From positions 3,456,001-3,520,000 of the forward strand of contig CAWIPH010000002.1 of the NCBI GenBank assembly GCA_963837955.1: a stretch of 64,000 nucleotides of DNA. The letters are read 5' to 3'. Numbering within the stretch: position 1 is the stretch's first letter; each line of letters begins with the position of its first letter. The stretch is from an uncultured Verrucomicrobiae bacterium (GTDB taxonomy: Bacteria; Verrucomicrobiota; Verrucomicrobiia; Chthoniobacterales; JAFAMB01). Below are positions 1 through 10,267 of this stretch, piece by piece. Both the position numbers and the translations under genes were made by a program. The notes below the pieces were generated by a model. That model searched no databases, was not told where the DNA came from, and saw only the letters and a program-made list of their open reading frames with translations.

Positions 1-537
1 TTGACCGATGAACCACCTTACGGCGGTGGACCTGGCATGGTGATGAAACCGGAACCGATCTTTGCCGCCGTCGAAGCAATTCGAACCGACCGCTCGCGGG
101 TGATCCTCATGTCACCGGGCGGACGCCGCTTTAATCAGACCATCGCGACCGAACTGGCAAAAGAGGAACATCTGATTTTGATCGGCGGTCACTACGAAGG
201 GGTCGATCATCGAGTCTCCGAACACCTGGCGGACGAGGAGTTATCGGTCGGTGATTTCGTTCTTACCAACGGGGCGATCGCAGCCGTACTGGTGGTCGAT
301 GCGGTGGCTCGTCTGATTCCTGGAGTGCTCGGCGACAGTGACTCGGCCGCCCATGATTCGTTCAGCGACGGTTTGCTCGAGCACCCCCAGTATACGCGGC
401 CGAACGAATTCCGGGGATGGAAAGTACCTGAAGTTCTGCTTTCCGGAAATCATGAAGCGATTCGCCAATGGCGTTTGGAGCAAGCGAAGAAAAAGACGGC
501 TGCAGCCCGGCCAGATCTCATAGATGATGCGTATTGA
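1..537 (+). CDS. trmD: tRNA (guanine37-N1)-methyltransferase, 5' part cut off by the window edge
   Basis: Motifs PYGGGPGMVMKPEP, GHYEGVD, SVGDFVLTNG, LLEHPQYTRP, VPEVLLSGNH. Confidence 0.97.
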   Translation: MTDEPPYGGGPGMVMKPEPIFAAVEAIRTDRSRVILMSPGGRRFNQTIATELAKEEHLILIGGHYEGVDHRVSEHLADEELSVGDFVLTNGAIAAVLVVDAVARLIPGVLGDSDSAAHDSFSDGLLEHPQYTRPNEFRGWKVPEVLLSGNHEAIRQWRLEQAKKKTAAARPDLIDDAY

Positions 538-583
538 TACGAAGGAGGTCGTGCCGCGAAAACCGCAAGCCATCGCGGTGTAA

Positions 584-2719
584 ATGAAGATTCGTTCCCT
601 GGTAGATCACACCTGGTGGATCCGGCGACTGTTGCTCGGATTGGTTTTCAGCGGGGGTTGTGCCGCGCTTCTGTTGTTCCTGTATTATTTCGTTTGGTCG
701 CTTACTTTCGACCTCCGACAGGTCGGCCATATTCCTGAGCGTTCCTGGATTTACGACAGCGATGGGAACCTCTACAGCCGGCTCTACGGCGAAAACCGGA
801 TTTTGTTGGAGTCAAACCAGATCTCGCCGTTGTTCAAGAAGGCTTTGCTCGCTCGCGAAGATTCTCGCTTTTTCGAGCACCACGGAATCGATTTTGTAGG
901 AGTGTTTCGCGCTCTGGGGAGCAATCTGATGCACTTCACTTTGCTGCAAGGGGGCAGCACAATTACCCAGCAGCTCGCTCGCAACAGTTTCGATCTTGGC
1001 GGCAAAACGTTTAGCCGGAAAATTCTGGAAGCGTTCGTCGCGCTGCGGATCGAGCAATCGTTTACCAAGGATCAGATACTGGATTTCTACACGAACCGAA
1101 TCTATTTCGGATCGGGCTATTACGGATTAGAGACAGCTAGTCAAGCATACTTCGGAAAGCCGGCGGCGAACGTAAACCTGGCGGAGGCGGCCACGCTGGC
1201 GGGCTTGATCCGCAGCCCGAACCGATATTCGCCTCAGAAGAATCCAAACGGCGCCACCATCCAGCGAAATGAGGTGCTGGACCGCATGGTCGAACTCAAT
1301 ATGATCACGGCCTCAGAAGCAGAGACCGCGAAATCGACGCCGCTGAAAACGGCCAATAAACGTACGTCGGTTCCCCAGCAAAATTATGCGATGGACGCGC
1401 TCTACCGCGAACTGGAGGGAATCGTGAGCCAAGATGAGATCGACGCCGGTGGGCTCCGGATCTACACGACTCTCGATCCGGTTCTGCAACAAGCGGCCGA
1501 ATCGTCCGTGGAGAGCTGGTTGCAGCAGGTCGAAAAAAGAACTGACTACAAACATCCCCGAAAATCGGGTTATACCGACGCCGACCGCGCGGCCGAAGCT
1601 CCGACTGCTTATTTGCAAGGCTCCACTATCGTATTGGACAATCGCTCCGGGGGTATCCGCGCTCTGGTAGGCGGACGGGATTTTCGCGACAGCAAATTTA
1701 ATCGAGCATTGCAGGCTTCTCGGCCGATCGGCTCCACCTTCAAACCATTTGTTTATGCAGCCGCTTACGGACAGGGACTATTCCCCGGGACACTGATTAG
1801 TGATGATCCGTTGCAACTGGGCGAGGTGCGTACCGCACCGCGTTGGGCGCCGAATAATTCCGACGGAACAAATCGTGGACAGCTGCCGGCTCGGGATGGT
1901 CTGATTTTTTCCCGTAACACGATGACTGTCCGGGTCGGCGAAAAAGCGACCTTGGACAAGGTACAAGCCTTGGCAAACCTCGCTGGATTTGGGAGCGACA
2001 TTCCGAAGGTACCGGCCATTTATCTTGGGGCCTTCGGATCGACGGTTAAAGATGTCACTGCGGCCTACAGTGCATTGGCGGGGGGAGGAGTACGGCGCGA
2101 GCCATATTTGATCGAACGCATAGATGACCAGGATGGAAATATCATCTACCAAGCACATCCCCAACAGCGACAGATTCTCTCCCCGGCGATCGCTTGGATG
2201 GTGGCGCAGACGCTCCGCGGCGTGATTGAACGCGGAACGGCAGCATCAGCTAAATCATTTGGTCTCGATCGGATCGCCGCCGGGAAAACCGGGACGACCG
2301 ACGAATACAAAGATGCTTGGTTCGTTGGATTCACTAATTCACTGACCTGCGGTGTCTGGGTCGGTTTTGATCAACCGCAAACGATTGAACAAAAAGGTTA
2401 TGGTGCAACTTTGGCGCTTCCGATCTGGGTTCGGATCATGGAAAAAGCCCCGCGTCAGCAGTATCCGGATGGAGAGTTTCCTGCCCCGGAAAAGCTCGTT
2501 CAGGTTCAGCTCTGTTCGGTTTCAAATCAATTAGCAACAGCCGATTGTCAGGCAGCAGGAACTGCTTACCAGATCGCGCTACCACAGTCGATGTGCCCGC
2601 AGCAAAGTTGTCTCGTTCATCAAGGCCGACTGTTGAATCCCGATGAAGAACCGGCCAGGAACGAAGGCAACTTCCCACAACGTTTCTTTCGTTCATTGCA
2701 GAACTTGTTTGGAAGATAA
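584..2719 (+). CDS. Class A penicillin-binding protein (PBP1A family transglycosylase/transpeptidase)
   Basis: N-terminal TM helix; GT51 motifs EDSRFFEHHG, GGSTITQQL, RKILE; transpeptidase motifs STFK, SRN, KTGT. Confidence 0.95.
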   Translation: MKIRSLVDHTWWIRRLLLGLVFSGGCAALLLFLYYFVWSLTFDLRQVGHIPERSWIYDSDGNLYSRLYGENRILLESNQISPLFKKALLAREDSRFFEHHGIDFVGVFRALGSNLMHFTLLQGGSTITQQLARNSFDLGGKTFSRKILEAFVALRIEQSFTKDQILDFYTNRIYFGSGYYGLETASQAYFGKPAANVNLAEAATLAGLIRSPNRYSPQKNPNGATIQRNEVLDRMVELNMITASEAETAKSTPLKTANKRTSVPQQNYAMDALYRELEGIVSQDEIDAGGLRIYTTLDPVLQQAAESSVESWLQQVEKRTDYKHPRKSGYTDADRAAEAPTAYLQGSTIVLDNRSGGIRALVGGRDFRDSKFNRALQASRPIGSTFKPFVYAAAYGQGLFPGTLISDDPLQLGEVRTAPRWAPNNSDGTNRGQLPARDGLIFSRNTMTVRVGEKATLDKVQALANLAGFGSDIPKVPAIYLGAFGSTVKDVTAAYSALAGGGVRREPYLIERIDDQDGNIIYQAHPQQRQILSPAIAWMVAQTLRGVIERGTAASAKSFGLDRIAAGKTGTTDEYKDAWFVGFTNSLTCGVWVGFDQPQTIEQKGYGATLALPIWVRIMEKAPRQQYPDGEFPAPEKLVQVQLCSVSNQLATADCQAAGTAYQIALPQSMCPQQSCLVHQGRLLNPDEEPARNEGNFPQRFFRSLQNLFGR

Positions 2720-3138
2720 TCCAGGAAGTCAGGAGCGGGAGTCAGCGGTAAGCGGTGAGCGAAGTGCGAGGGTGGTTCCTCGGTAGCGGGGACTGTCCGA
2801 TTGGGCTTCAGGCTCAGCTGGAGCCTCCATTGCCAGGTTGGCAGAGGGCTAAAAAGTGGGAACAGTCTTCCCTTAATTTTCGTGGAAAAGAGGACGGGTT
2901 GCGGAACGAAAAGTAGAAAATGGGGACTTCTTCATGCGGTGTCATGGAGAATTCTTATTGTCTATAGCTCAGTATGGATTGACGCTAACCCCCTGATCAT
3001 CGCCTAACGGTCGAGCTCCCATTATCAATTGGCAGCCGGCGTTGACACAACGTTCGCGCAAGAATTTGTTTCTCGCGCCGAGGACCGTAGGTAAAGTCTC
3101 GCCTGTTTAATGCCAACCAAGTTAATTAGAGAGCTCCG

Positions 3139-3651
3139 ATGAGTAAAATCGTGGTGTGCTTCCCCATTTTTGTCTGCTTCGCCGCATTTCAGGCATGTTC
3201 TAGTTCGTCTTCTCAATTGTCGCTTCAACAAATCAACGCGTATTCAGTGGCCACCAGCTTCCTGACTCTCTGCGACGGCGCGGATTATAAGAGTGCTTTA
3301 GACCTTTACGCGGGACCGATAAAGTCACACCAGGAAGGCACAACGTGGGTTACTCAGATGCAAGGCAAACGAGCGCCTTTCGGTGTCCCGATTGGACGCA
3401 ATTGGGTTAACCGGCAAGGGCTGAGCGAGTCGCCCAATATGACGTTCCAATTTCGCGCCACTTTTCCGAATAAGCCACCGGTGGACGAAGTTGTCTCGGT
3501 AACAAGAACCTCTGGGCACTGGCAGGTTTACGATTACAAGTTTCAAGTGCTCGGCAAGCGTCCGTCGCCTTCACTGACAGCGACACCGGCGCCAACTACC
3601 GCCCAAAATCGAGATAGGTATATCCGCGCAAACCGCGCTCGTATTCATTGA
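3139..3651 (+). CDS. Putative exported protein/lipoprotein, DUF4019-like
   Basis: Hydrophobic N-terminus ending FQAC; pattern FLxLxDxxDY...KRAPFG...FRATF...EVVSV...WQVYDY; 3' end overlaps the speA end by 56 nt. Confidence 0.55.
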   Translation: MSKIVVCFPIFVCFAAFQACSSSSSQLSLQQINAYSVATSFLTLCDGADYKSALDLYAGPIKSHQEGTTWVTQMQGKRAPFGVPIGRNWVNRQGLSESPNMTFQFRATFPNKPPVDEVVSVTRTSGHWQVYDYKFQVLGKRPSPSLTATPAPTTAQNRDRYIRANRARIH

Positions 3652-5509
3652 GCAGACGCATCGCCTCATTCGGCTTGAGTCGATCCGACTTTATCGCCGC
3701 GTCGACTTGAGATTTCACGAGACGGATCAATTCATTTTGATCCCATTGCGTTAACGAAAGCACGCTGCCAACCGTACTGCCTTCGATGACTTCCTCGATG
3801 TACCAACCCGACTCCTCATCTTCATCGAGGAAAACGTGAACTTCGTTTACCCTGCCAAAGAGGTTGTGCAGGTCCCCCATGATGTCCTGGTAGGCGCCCA
3901 TGAGGAAAAAGCCGAGGTAATACGACTCGCCCGATCGAAACCGGTGCAACGGCAACGTCTGCTTTACATCCTGCAGGTCGATGAACTTGTTCACCTTCCC
4001 ATCGGAATCGCAGGTGATATCGACCAAAGTACCATTGCGATCGGGCGGCTGCTGCAAGTGATGCACCGGCATGATCGGAAAGAGTTGTCCCAAAGCCCAG
4101 TGATCCAGCAGCGATTGGAAGACCGAAAAATTGCAGAGATACTGATCGCCCAGCGCGATCTCGAGTTCCTTCACCTCCTCCGGCACGTACCTCATCCCTC
4201 GGCAAAAATTGACGACAGCCTCGGCAATTTGCCAATAAATCGACTCAATCTTCGCTTTGCTTTCCAAATCCAGCAGACCGAGCTCGAACATCGATTGCGC
4301 TTGTTCCTTGGTCTGCTGCGCATCGTGTAGATTTTCCATCCGGTTCTGCTTGTTCATCGTTCGCTGAATTTCGACGATGTCGGCTAGCAGTTTCGGATCG
4401 GTTTCCTTGATTTCGACGGATGAGTTGCCGGTCGCTTTCTCGATCGAGCCGAAGGCCTCGACCACCAACACCGAATGATGGGCAACTATGGCCCGACCAC
4501 CTTCGCTGACGATGGTGGGATGCGGCACTTTCTCGGAGTCGCAAACATCCATGATGTTATAAACGACGTCGCGCGCATACTCCTGCAAAGTGTAGTTCAT
4601 CGAACTATCGAAAGCGGTCCGGGAACCGTCGTAGTCAACGCCCAGACCACCGCCCACATCGAGGAACTCCATCGGATGTCCCATTTTTGCCAGCTTAGCA
4701 AAGAACCGGGCCGCTTCTCTGACCGCTCGCTTGACTACCCCGATGTCCGGGACTTGCGAGCCGACGTGGAAATGCACCAGCCGCAACGCGTCTGCCATCC
4801 CCTCCTCTTTCAAGTACTGGCTGGCCGCGACCAAATCGGCTGTGGAAAGCCCGAATTTCGCGTTCTCTCCGCCGCTGGTTGCCCAGCGTCCGGAACTCTT
4901 CGCCTGCAAACGAACGCGCAGCCCAAGAATCGGCGAGACGTTCATCTCCTTGGAAAGCTGGACGATCTGCCGGATCTCTTCGATCTTTTCCACCACCATG
5001 ATCACTTGCTTGCCTAGTTTCCGGCCAAGCAACGCGATCTTGATGAAAGTCGGGTCCTTGTAGCCGTTGCAAATGATCAGGCTTTCGGGATCGCGGTGAA
5101 CAGCCAATGCCGCGATCAGCTCCGGTTTACTTCCAGCCTCCAGGCCGAAATGAAAAGGCGCTCCGGCATCGATGATCTCTTCGACTACTTCCCTCAGCTG
5201 GTTGACCTTGATTGGAAAGACTCCTTTATAGACGTTTTTGTAGCCCGCGTCAGCGATGGCGGCTTGAAACTCACGGTTTACCGTTTCGACGCGATGACGA
5301 AGCAGATCTTGAAAACGGATAACCAGCGGAAAGGCCATCCCTCGATCGCGCGCTTCCTGGATTACTTCGACGAGGTCGATGTTGCAGCCGTCTTGCTGGG
5401 TTGGCATCACCTGAACATTCCCGGCGGCGTTAATCGAGAAATAACCGGATCCCCAACGGTCAATGTTATACAGGGAAACGGCGGATGGAATATCCCAGCT
5501 TTCAGACAT
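3596..5509 (-). CDS. speA: Biosynthetic arginine decarboxylase
   Basis: YNIDRWGSGYF, FPIKVNQ (PLP lysine), GLEAGSKPEL, HFHVGSQ, DVGGGLGVDYDG, DITCDSDG, GAYQDIMGDLHNLFG. Confidence 0.97.
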   Translation of the reverse strand: MSESWDIPSAVSLYNIDRWGSGYFSINAAGNVQVMPTQQDGCNIDLVEVIQEARDRGMAFPLVIRFQDLLRHRVETVNREFQAAIADAGYKNVYKGVFPIKVNQLREVVEEIIDAGAPFHFGLEAGSKPELIAALAVHRDPESLIICNGYKDPTFIKIALLGRKLGKQVIMVVEKIEEIRQIVQLSKEMNVSPILGLRVRLQAKSSGRWATSGGENAKFGLSTADLVAASQYLKEEGMADALRLVHFHVGSQVPDIGVVKRAVREAARFFAKLAKMGHPMEFLDVGGGLGVDYDGSRTAFDSSMNYTLQEYARDVVYNIMDVCDSEKVPHPTIVSEGGRAIVAHHSVLVVEAFGSIEKATGNSSVEIKETDPKLLADIVEIQRTMNKQNRMENLHDAQQTKEQAQSMFELGLLDLESKAKIESIYWQIAEAVVNFCRGMRYVPEEVKELEIALGDQYLCNFSVFQSLLDHWALGQLFPIMPVHHLQQPPDRNGTLVDITCDSDGKVNKFIDLQDVKQTLPLHRFRSGESYYLGFFLMGAYQDIMGDLHNLFGRVNEVHVFLDEDEESGWYIEEVIEGSTVGSVLSLTQWDQNELIRLVKSQVDAAIKSDRLKPNEAMRLLNEYERGLRGYTYLDFGR

Positions 5510-5582
5510 GTTTCGCGCAAACTAAGTGGTCAGCTTTCAAATGCAATTGGCTGATGCGAAATATGCAGACAATTGCGAAAAA

Positions 5583-6056
5583 TTAGATTTCCTCTTCGGT
5601 TTCCCCTTCGGCTGGCCCTTCCTCTTCCATCTTTCGCAAGATCTCAGTCATATCTTCCACTTCTTCCCAAACCTCCCGACTCACGTAAATCGCGGCGCTT
5701 TGTTGGGTCGCCATGGCAATGCAGTCGCTCGGTCGCGCATCGATCTCGATAATCTTCCGCTGATGCAGTTCGTTCTCCGCGCTTAAGATCATTCGGGCAA
5801 AATAGGTGCCACGCTTAAGGTCGTTGATCACTACGCGCTCAATTTGGGCCCCCAGCGCCCGCAAAACGTGAGCCAGAAGATCGTGAGTCAACGGACGCTC
5901 CTTGTGTGCCCCCCGCATAAACATGGTGATCGCCTGACCAACCCCTTGGTCTACGTAAATCACAAAAACTTTCTCGTTGTTACCAACAAAGACGGCGCAA
6001 CCCCCGCTAGTCGGGATCACGGCCCGGACTTGTACTTCCACAACGGGTTTGCTCAT
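5583..6056 (-). CDS. Bifunctional nuclease family protein (DUF151)
   Basis: RPLTHDL and IDARPSDCIA motifs; start moved to MSKPVVEV. Confidence 0.9.
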   Translation of the reverse strand: MSKPVVEVQVRAVIPTSGGCAVFVGNNEKVFVIYVDQGVGQAITMFMRGAHKERPLTHDLLAHVLRALGAQIERVVINDLKRGTYFARMILSAENELHQRKIIEIDARPSDCIAMATQQSAAIYVSREVWEEVEDMTEILRKMEEEGPAEGETEEEI

Positions 6057-6153
6057 AGCGGGAACGTACTCGCGGTTGCTGGAAATCGTCAACGCTAGCA
6101 ATGAGTTAACCGCATCGATCCGCTCGCCTTTCCATGGGTGGCGCACGTTTAAT

Positions 6154-6660
6154 CTATTTTTTCGGCAGAGAACCTTCCCCCAAGATTTCTATCAATCGTT
6201 CTTGTACCGCTGCGTAGAAATTAATCTGCAAGAGAACCAAGTCGCGTCGGGAAAAGGTTTTTGGTGTTTGGTTGAACGATAGTTCCGCCTCAGAGAAATC
6301 ATATTTGGTGGCCAGAACCAGGCGCGCTTGATTCAACGCATTGAGCCAAGATTCCGCGTGAACCAGCGGCACCAAGAGATGGCTAATTTTGCCGGGCCGG
6401 CGGGTCATCGCCGCAAGATCTTCTTCCACCACTTTTCGCGCACTCAAAAACAGGTGGCGCAACTCCGGCCGCACAAACTCCTCCCAATCTTTGACCATTC
6501 CAGGAGTTCCTTGACTGGTGGGCGACGGGTAGAGACGTTCCTCCGCTTTCTCTTCGCCCTCCGAATCGCCGGCAGTCGGGATTTGTTTAAGCAGTTCAGC
6601 TTCGATCGATTCGATCCGGGAGAACTCTATCGACTTATCCTTCGACCGGCGGATCATCAT
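6154..6660 (-). CDS. DUF2017-like protein
   Basis: ERLYPSP, DWEEFVRPEL, WLNALNQARLVL; start MMIRR overlaps the clpS stop, the usual clpS-DUF2017 arrangement. Confidence 0.7.
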   Translation of the reverse strand: MMIRRSKDKSIEFSRIESIEAELLKQIPTAGDSEGEEKAEERLYPSPTSQGTPGMVKDWEEFVRPELRHLFLSARKVVEEDLAAMTRRPGKISHLLVPLVHAESWLNALNQARLVLATKYDFSEAELSFNQTPKTFSRRDLVLLQINFYAAVQERLIEILGEGSLPKK

Positions 6661-6935
6661 CCTTCTGTTCTCTCCAGAGTCGCATGGAGCAAGTACCCAT
6701 GTAGTTGTTGAACATATAACTCGGCCGTTTCGCGATCTCCCGTCCAAACAATGGAACGACCCTTGTGGTGGACCTCCAGCATGTGGTGCCGCGCCCGATC
6801 TACAGAAAAGCCAAATACCTTCTGAAATACCATGGTCACGTAGCTCATAAGATTCACCGGATCGTTGTGAACCACGACGTTCCAAGGGGTAGCAAGCTGG
6901 GTAGCTGATTTTGTTTCCTCGAGCGTTTCAGCCAT
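6657..6935 (-). CDS. clpS: ATP-dependent Clp protease adaptor ClpS
   Basis: VVVHNDPVNLMSYVT, MLEVHHKGRSIV. Confidence 0.93.
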   Translation of the reverse strand: MAETLEETKSATQLATPWNVVVHNDPVNLMSYVTMVFQKVFGFSVDRARHHMLEVHHKGRSIVWTGDRETAELYVQQLHGYLLHATLERTEG

Positions 6936-7512
6936 GGATTCGGATCTTCTCCGCCGCCGGATGAAGACCTTCCCGATAATAATCGTTCACCGTCTTGGCG
7001 GCATCTGCGAACAGCTTCTCGAACTGCTCTCGATCGGGAAGTTCCAGCATCAACTCGAGTAAGACGTAGGCGAAGATCGTCGTTCGAGCTGGGATCGAGA
7101 AAGAGATCGCGCGAACCGCGAAAAGTGTCACGAAGTGCCCCGGAGTTTCTCCGGTTCGAATCGCCTGTTGAAGACGGGCAACCATCCGATCACCTTTGGG
7201 CGGTCGAGCCTGTAGGAGCCGCTCGGCCGCCAGCTGGCTTCGCCGCGAAAGCGATGAGTTGAGAAACTGCTGCAGCGATCGATCCAGAAGTACAATCTCG
7301 CGAAACGAATGTCGCAGCGCTAAATCGACGACTTCCGCCAAATGCGGGAGCACCAAAGGCCCAAATAGCAACGTCTGCCAGCTGCGCCAATTCGCGGCAG
7401 GATCGGTACCCGCTCGCCACAACACGCCTTCGCTAAACGCCGCTCCCACACCGCAGCGGTCGATTACGCGGATCAACTCTTCGATGCCAGTGCCCTCGCA
7501 ACTTTTGCCCAT
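6928..7512 (-). CDS. Hypothetical helical protein with weak UreF-like resemblance
   Basis: 194-aa ORF overlapping the clpS start; TPGHFVTLFAV segment recalls the urease accessory protein UreF. Confidence 0.45.
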   Translation of the reverse strand: MGKSCEGTGIEELIRVIDRCGVGAAFSEGVLWRAGTDPAANWRSWQTLLFGPLVLPHLAEVVDLALRHSFREIVLLDRSLQQFLNSSLSRRSQLAAERLLQARPPKGDRMVARLQQAIRTGETPGHFVTLFAVRAISFSIPARTTIFAYVLLELMLELPDREQFEKLFADAAKTVNDYYREGLHPAAEKIRIHG

Positions 7513-7595
7513 ACCGGTAGTCCTATCACGAGTTTGGATGGCCGTCGATCTCCCAGGTCAGTGGTTTTACACGCGCCGGCCGGGTTAAGAGATTG

Positions 7596-7880
7596 TCCCG
7601 GAGGACGCCGTGTCAATAGCCGAGCAACTCAGTGCGGCCGGGAAGAGAAAAGTCCCGGAGGGACGCTCGATAGTAGCCCAGCACTTTAGTGCTGGGTTCG
7701 CGTTTTTTAGCGCTACGTCCCGGTAGGGACGATCGATCACCGCTTGGTCTAAGTGAATAGGCATCCCATGCCGAAGCTGGCCGATGGTTCAAAGTCCACT
7801 CCGGGACGCGTTTCGGCGCCTTTTGCACCATTGCCGAGAACTAAATGCTAGGGCTTCTACCCTAGGCTTTCCTCGGGACT
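7596..7880. repeat. REPIN-like palindromic element, family C (GTCCCGGAGGGACG core)
   Basis: Several gtcccg(g)..gggac hairpins plus cccagcactttagtgctggg; homologous to 12862-13100, both ending cgggactgatt. Confidence 0.8.
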
Positions 7881-7905
7881 GATTCCCCCCCGGCCTCGCT
7901 AGAGC

Positions 7906-8586
7906 CTACGTCCCCAAAAACCAAATGAGTTCTCCTTTTTCGGGCTGAACATGCTCCGCCGGTAACCCACTTTTTCCGCTAAGAACCTGATCAACAAGGC
8001 TCTTTTTTTGCGGATCATTGACCAGAAATGCAACACGCCGGGCAGCGTTGATCAGCGGAAAAGTAAAAGTAATCCGATAACAATTGAGCTTCGGAACGAA
8101 GTTGCTTACCACATTGCGTTCTCGTTCCTTCACCGCGGCAGTACCTGGAAACAACGAAGCCGTGTGGCCGTCGTCTCCGAGACCGAGCAGAATCAAATCG
8201 TGGCGGTAACGCTTTTCCCCGAATCGTTTGGCGATATGTTGGAGCGCTGTCTCATAATCGTTTGCGGCTTCCTCGGGCGGAAGCTCTCCTTTCATTCGCA
8301 GCACTTCGCCCGGGCTGGTCACCAAAAGAAACGACTCCGACGCCATCCGGTAATTGCTCTCTCTATCTTCCGGCGCCACGCATCGCTCGTCGCCAAAGGT
8401 CACGATCCATTTGCTCCAGCGACACTCCTTTAAGGCTAGCGCCTGATAAACCGGACGCGGCGTCTTCCCGCCGCTCAAGTTTAACCGAAAATGGCCCCGC
8501 TCATCAATCGCGTCCCGCGCGGAATCTGCGATGAAGCGAGCGGCATCTTCATCAAACGAGCGGGTGCGAATAATCTCGGGTTTCAT
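7906..8586 (-). CDS. pgl: 6-phosphogluconolactonase
   Basis: LSGGKTP, FGDERCV, SNY, LGLGDDGHTASLFP, RITFT. Confidence 0.95.
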   Translation of the reverse strand: MKPEIIRTRSFDEDAARFIADSARDAIDERGHFRLNLSGGKTPRPVYQALALKECRWSKWIVTFGDERCVAPEDRESNYRMASESFLLVTSPGEVLRMKGELPPEEAANDYETALQHIAKRFGEKRYRHDLILLGLGDDGHTASLFPGTAAVKERERNVVSNFVPKLNCYRITFTFPLINAARRVAFLVNDPQKKSLVDQVLSGKSGLPAEHVQPEKGELIWFLGT

Positions 8587-9053
8587 AGGAACTTCACGGG
8601 GAGCAAGAACTCTAGTCTACCAACACCCGCTTTGAGTTTTGGTAAAGTGACTTTTGCGAGACTCGCTTTACGAAACCGAATGCACTCTTCCGCGCCGCCG
8701 ATCAACGCGGCAGCAAATTCGCTGAAATCCGGATCGTGACCGACGAGCAGCACCGAGGGCTGGCTACTATAGGGCTTAAGACCGTTGAGAGCGGTTTCTG
8801 TTGTCATCCCGGGGGCGGCGAATTCACCAACCTCAACGCGGTCAGCAATCTTTAGCTCATCGGCAACGATCTTCGCCGTCTGCAACGCTCGGGCCAGAGG
8901 GCTAGTGACAATTTTTTCGAAATACAGATCGTGTCGCGCACAAAATCGGCCAATCGTCCGAGCTTGTTCGCGGCCCCGGTCGGTTAACCGGCGCTCCTTG
9001 TCCGAGGCTGCTTCCTCTTCGGCTTCGGCGTGACGCAGCAGGTAGAGGTTCAT
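8583..9053 (-). CDS. sixA: Phosphohistidine phosphatase SixA
   Basis: MNLYLLRHAEA, RRLTDRG, SPLARALQTA, LLVGHDP; start moved to the Met at 9053. Confidence 0.9.
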   Translation of the reverse strand: MNLYLLRHAEAEEEAASDKERRLTDRGREQARTIGRFCARHDLYFEKIVTSPLARALQTAKIVADELKIADRVEVGEFAAPGMTTETALNGLKPYSSQPSVLLVGHDPDFSEFAAALIGGAEECIRFRKASLAKVTLPKLKAGVGRLEFLLPVKFL

Positions 9054-9160
9054 GGTGGATTGTATACTAGTGCACAAGTCTGTGGAATTGATAGCAGCGA
9101 CGCATGGAGATATTTCAGAGGAGGAAAATGGAGCGTCCCGCGATTCGGATTGCACCCAAG

Positions 9161-9250
9161 TCTGGTTCTCTGCCCCGGGGAGGGCGACATTATGAGGGAT
9201 CGCGTCCTCGCGATCCGCGGCGCACGAGGACGATGCGACCCTCCCCACCT
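9161..9250. repeat. REP-like palindrome, family A (GGAGGG..CGTCCTCG..CGAGGACG..CCCTCC)
   Basis: Hairpin gaggg..cgtcctcg-cgatccgcggcgca-cgaggacg..ccctc; similar copies at 28916, 56506 and 58832. Confidence 0.8.
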
Positions 9251-9259
9251 CGGGGCCGC

Positions 9260-10267
9260 CTACCGCTCTTGTCCGCTCGTCTTCACTTGCTTCTGCGGCG
9301 CCCCTCGCGATGGACCGAACCCTTTGAGGAACGCGACTTCGACTGCCAGGCCTTCCTGAACGTTGCGAGAAAGATGCTCTCGCAATTCCTGAAACGCGCG
9401 AACTCGTTCTAATAAATCATTAACCGGAATATTTTGGGCGAAGCCGGCCGTGGCATCACGATAGTCGTTTAAATCCCTTTCCTCTCCACCTTGACGCGCT
9501 CTGAGAGCGTCACCAAACCACTCCAGAATTCTCTCAACCAATTCCATCCTCGCGTGCACGTAACGGCTCTCGGTTAGCACATCGAGCCGTTCCTCTTCTT
9601 GCTCGAGCCATTTTCCGTCGGTCGAGTTCTTGTAAATATCCGACTCCCGTTTGAGCCTCTCCTCGTGATCGGCCTCAATACCTCCGCGGATGTCCGCTAG
9701 TTGGTCCTGAAACAGGCGAGCCAAAGTTAGCGCCGATCCGACTGTCCAGGATCGTTCGTCAGTAAGTTTAGCTAACGAATCAAGAAAGACGCGTTCCGCC
9801 GGCTGCAATTGGCGCGCGCTTGCCGCTCGCAACGGCAGAATGACGCAACGAGAGCGGATCGTTTCCAGCAGGGCTTCCGGCAATGAAGTCAAAAGCAAGA
9901 GAAGTGATCCGTTTGGAGGTTCTTCCAGAGTTTTCAGAAATGCATTGGCGGACTGCGGCATCATCCGATCGGCCTCAGCAATCACACCGAATTTCAGTTT
10001 CCCTGTTGTCGAGCGCATGCGTAGCTCCGCCTCCAGCCCGCGAATTTGCTCAACCAAGATGCGCCGAGATTTGGATTCCGGTTGGACCAGATGAAAGTCG
10101 GGATCGCGCGCCGGGTCACTGACTTTGTTGACGGTGCGATAGAATTGCTCGGCCAAACTACGCTTTCCGGATCCATCGGGACCGGTGATTAAAAAGGCGT
10201 GCGCCAATCGGCCAAGCTCGTGGGCCCGAACGAGGTATTCGGCGGCTTCAGCGGCTAAGAAGGGCAT
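9260..10267 (-). CDS. holB: DNA polymerase III subunit delta'
   Basis: LAHAFLITGPDGSGK, ANAFLKTLEEPP, TIRSRC; follows tmk. Confidence 0.92.
   Translation of the reverse strand: MPFLAAEAAEYLVRAHELGRLAHAFLITGPDGSGKRSLAEQFYRTVNKVSDPARDPDFHLVQPESKSRRILVEQIRGLEAELRMRSTTGKLKFGVIAEADRMMPQSANAFLKTLEEPPNGSLLLLLTSLPEALLETIRSRCVILPLRAASARQLQPAERVFLDSLAKLTDERSWTVGSALTLARLFQDQLADIRGGIEADHEERLKRESDIYKNSTDGKWLEQEEERLDVLTESRYVHARMELVERILEWFGDALRARQGGEERDLNDYRDATAGFAQNIPVNDLLERVRAFQELREHLSRNVQEGLAVEVAFLKGFGPSRGAPQKQVKTSGQER

Noticed and set aside
9054..9248. N-terminal extension of sixA; similar extensions on the EVE, lpdA, ChaN and ECF ORFs
   Set aside because: The extensions run through REP or intergenic DNA, and family motifs begin at the downstream starts
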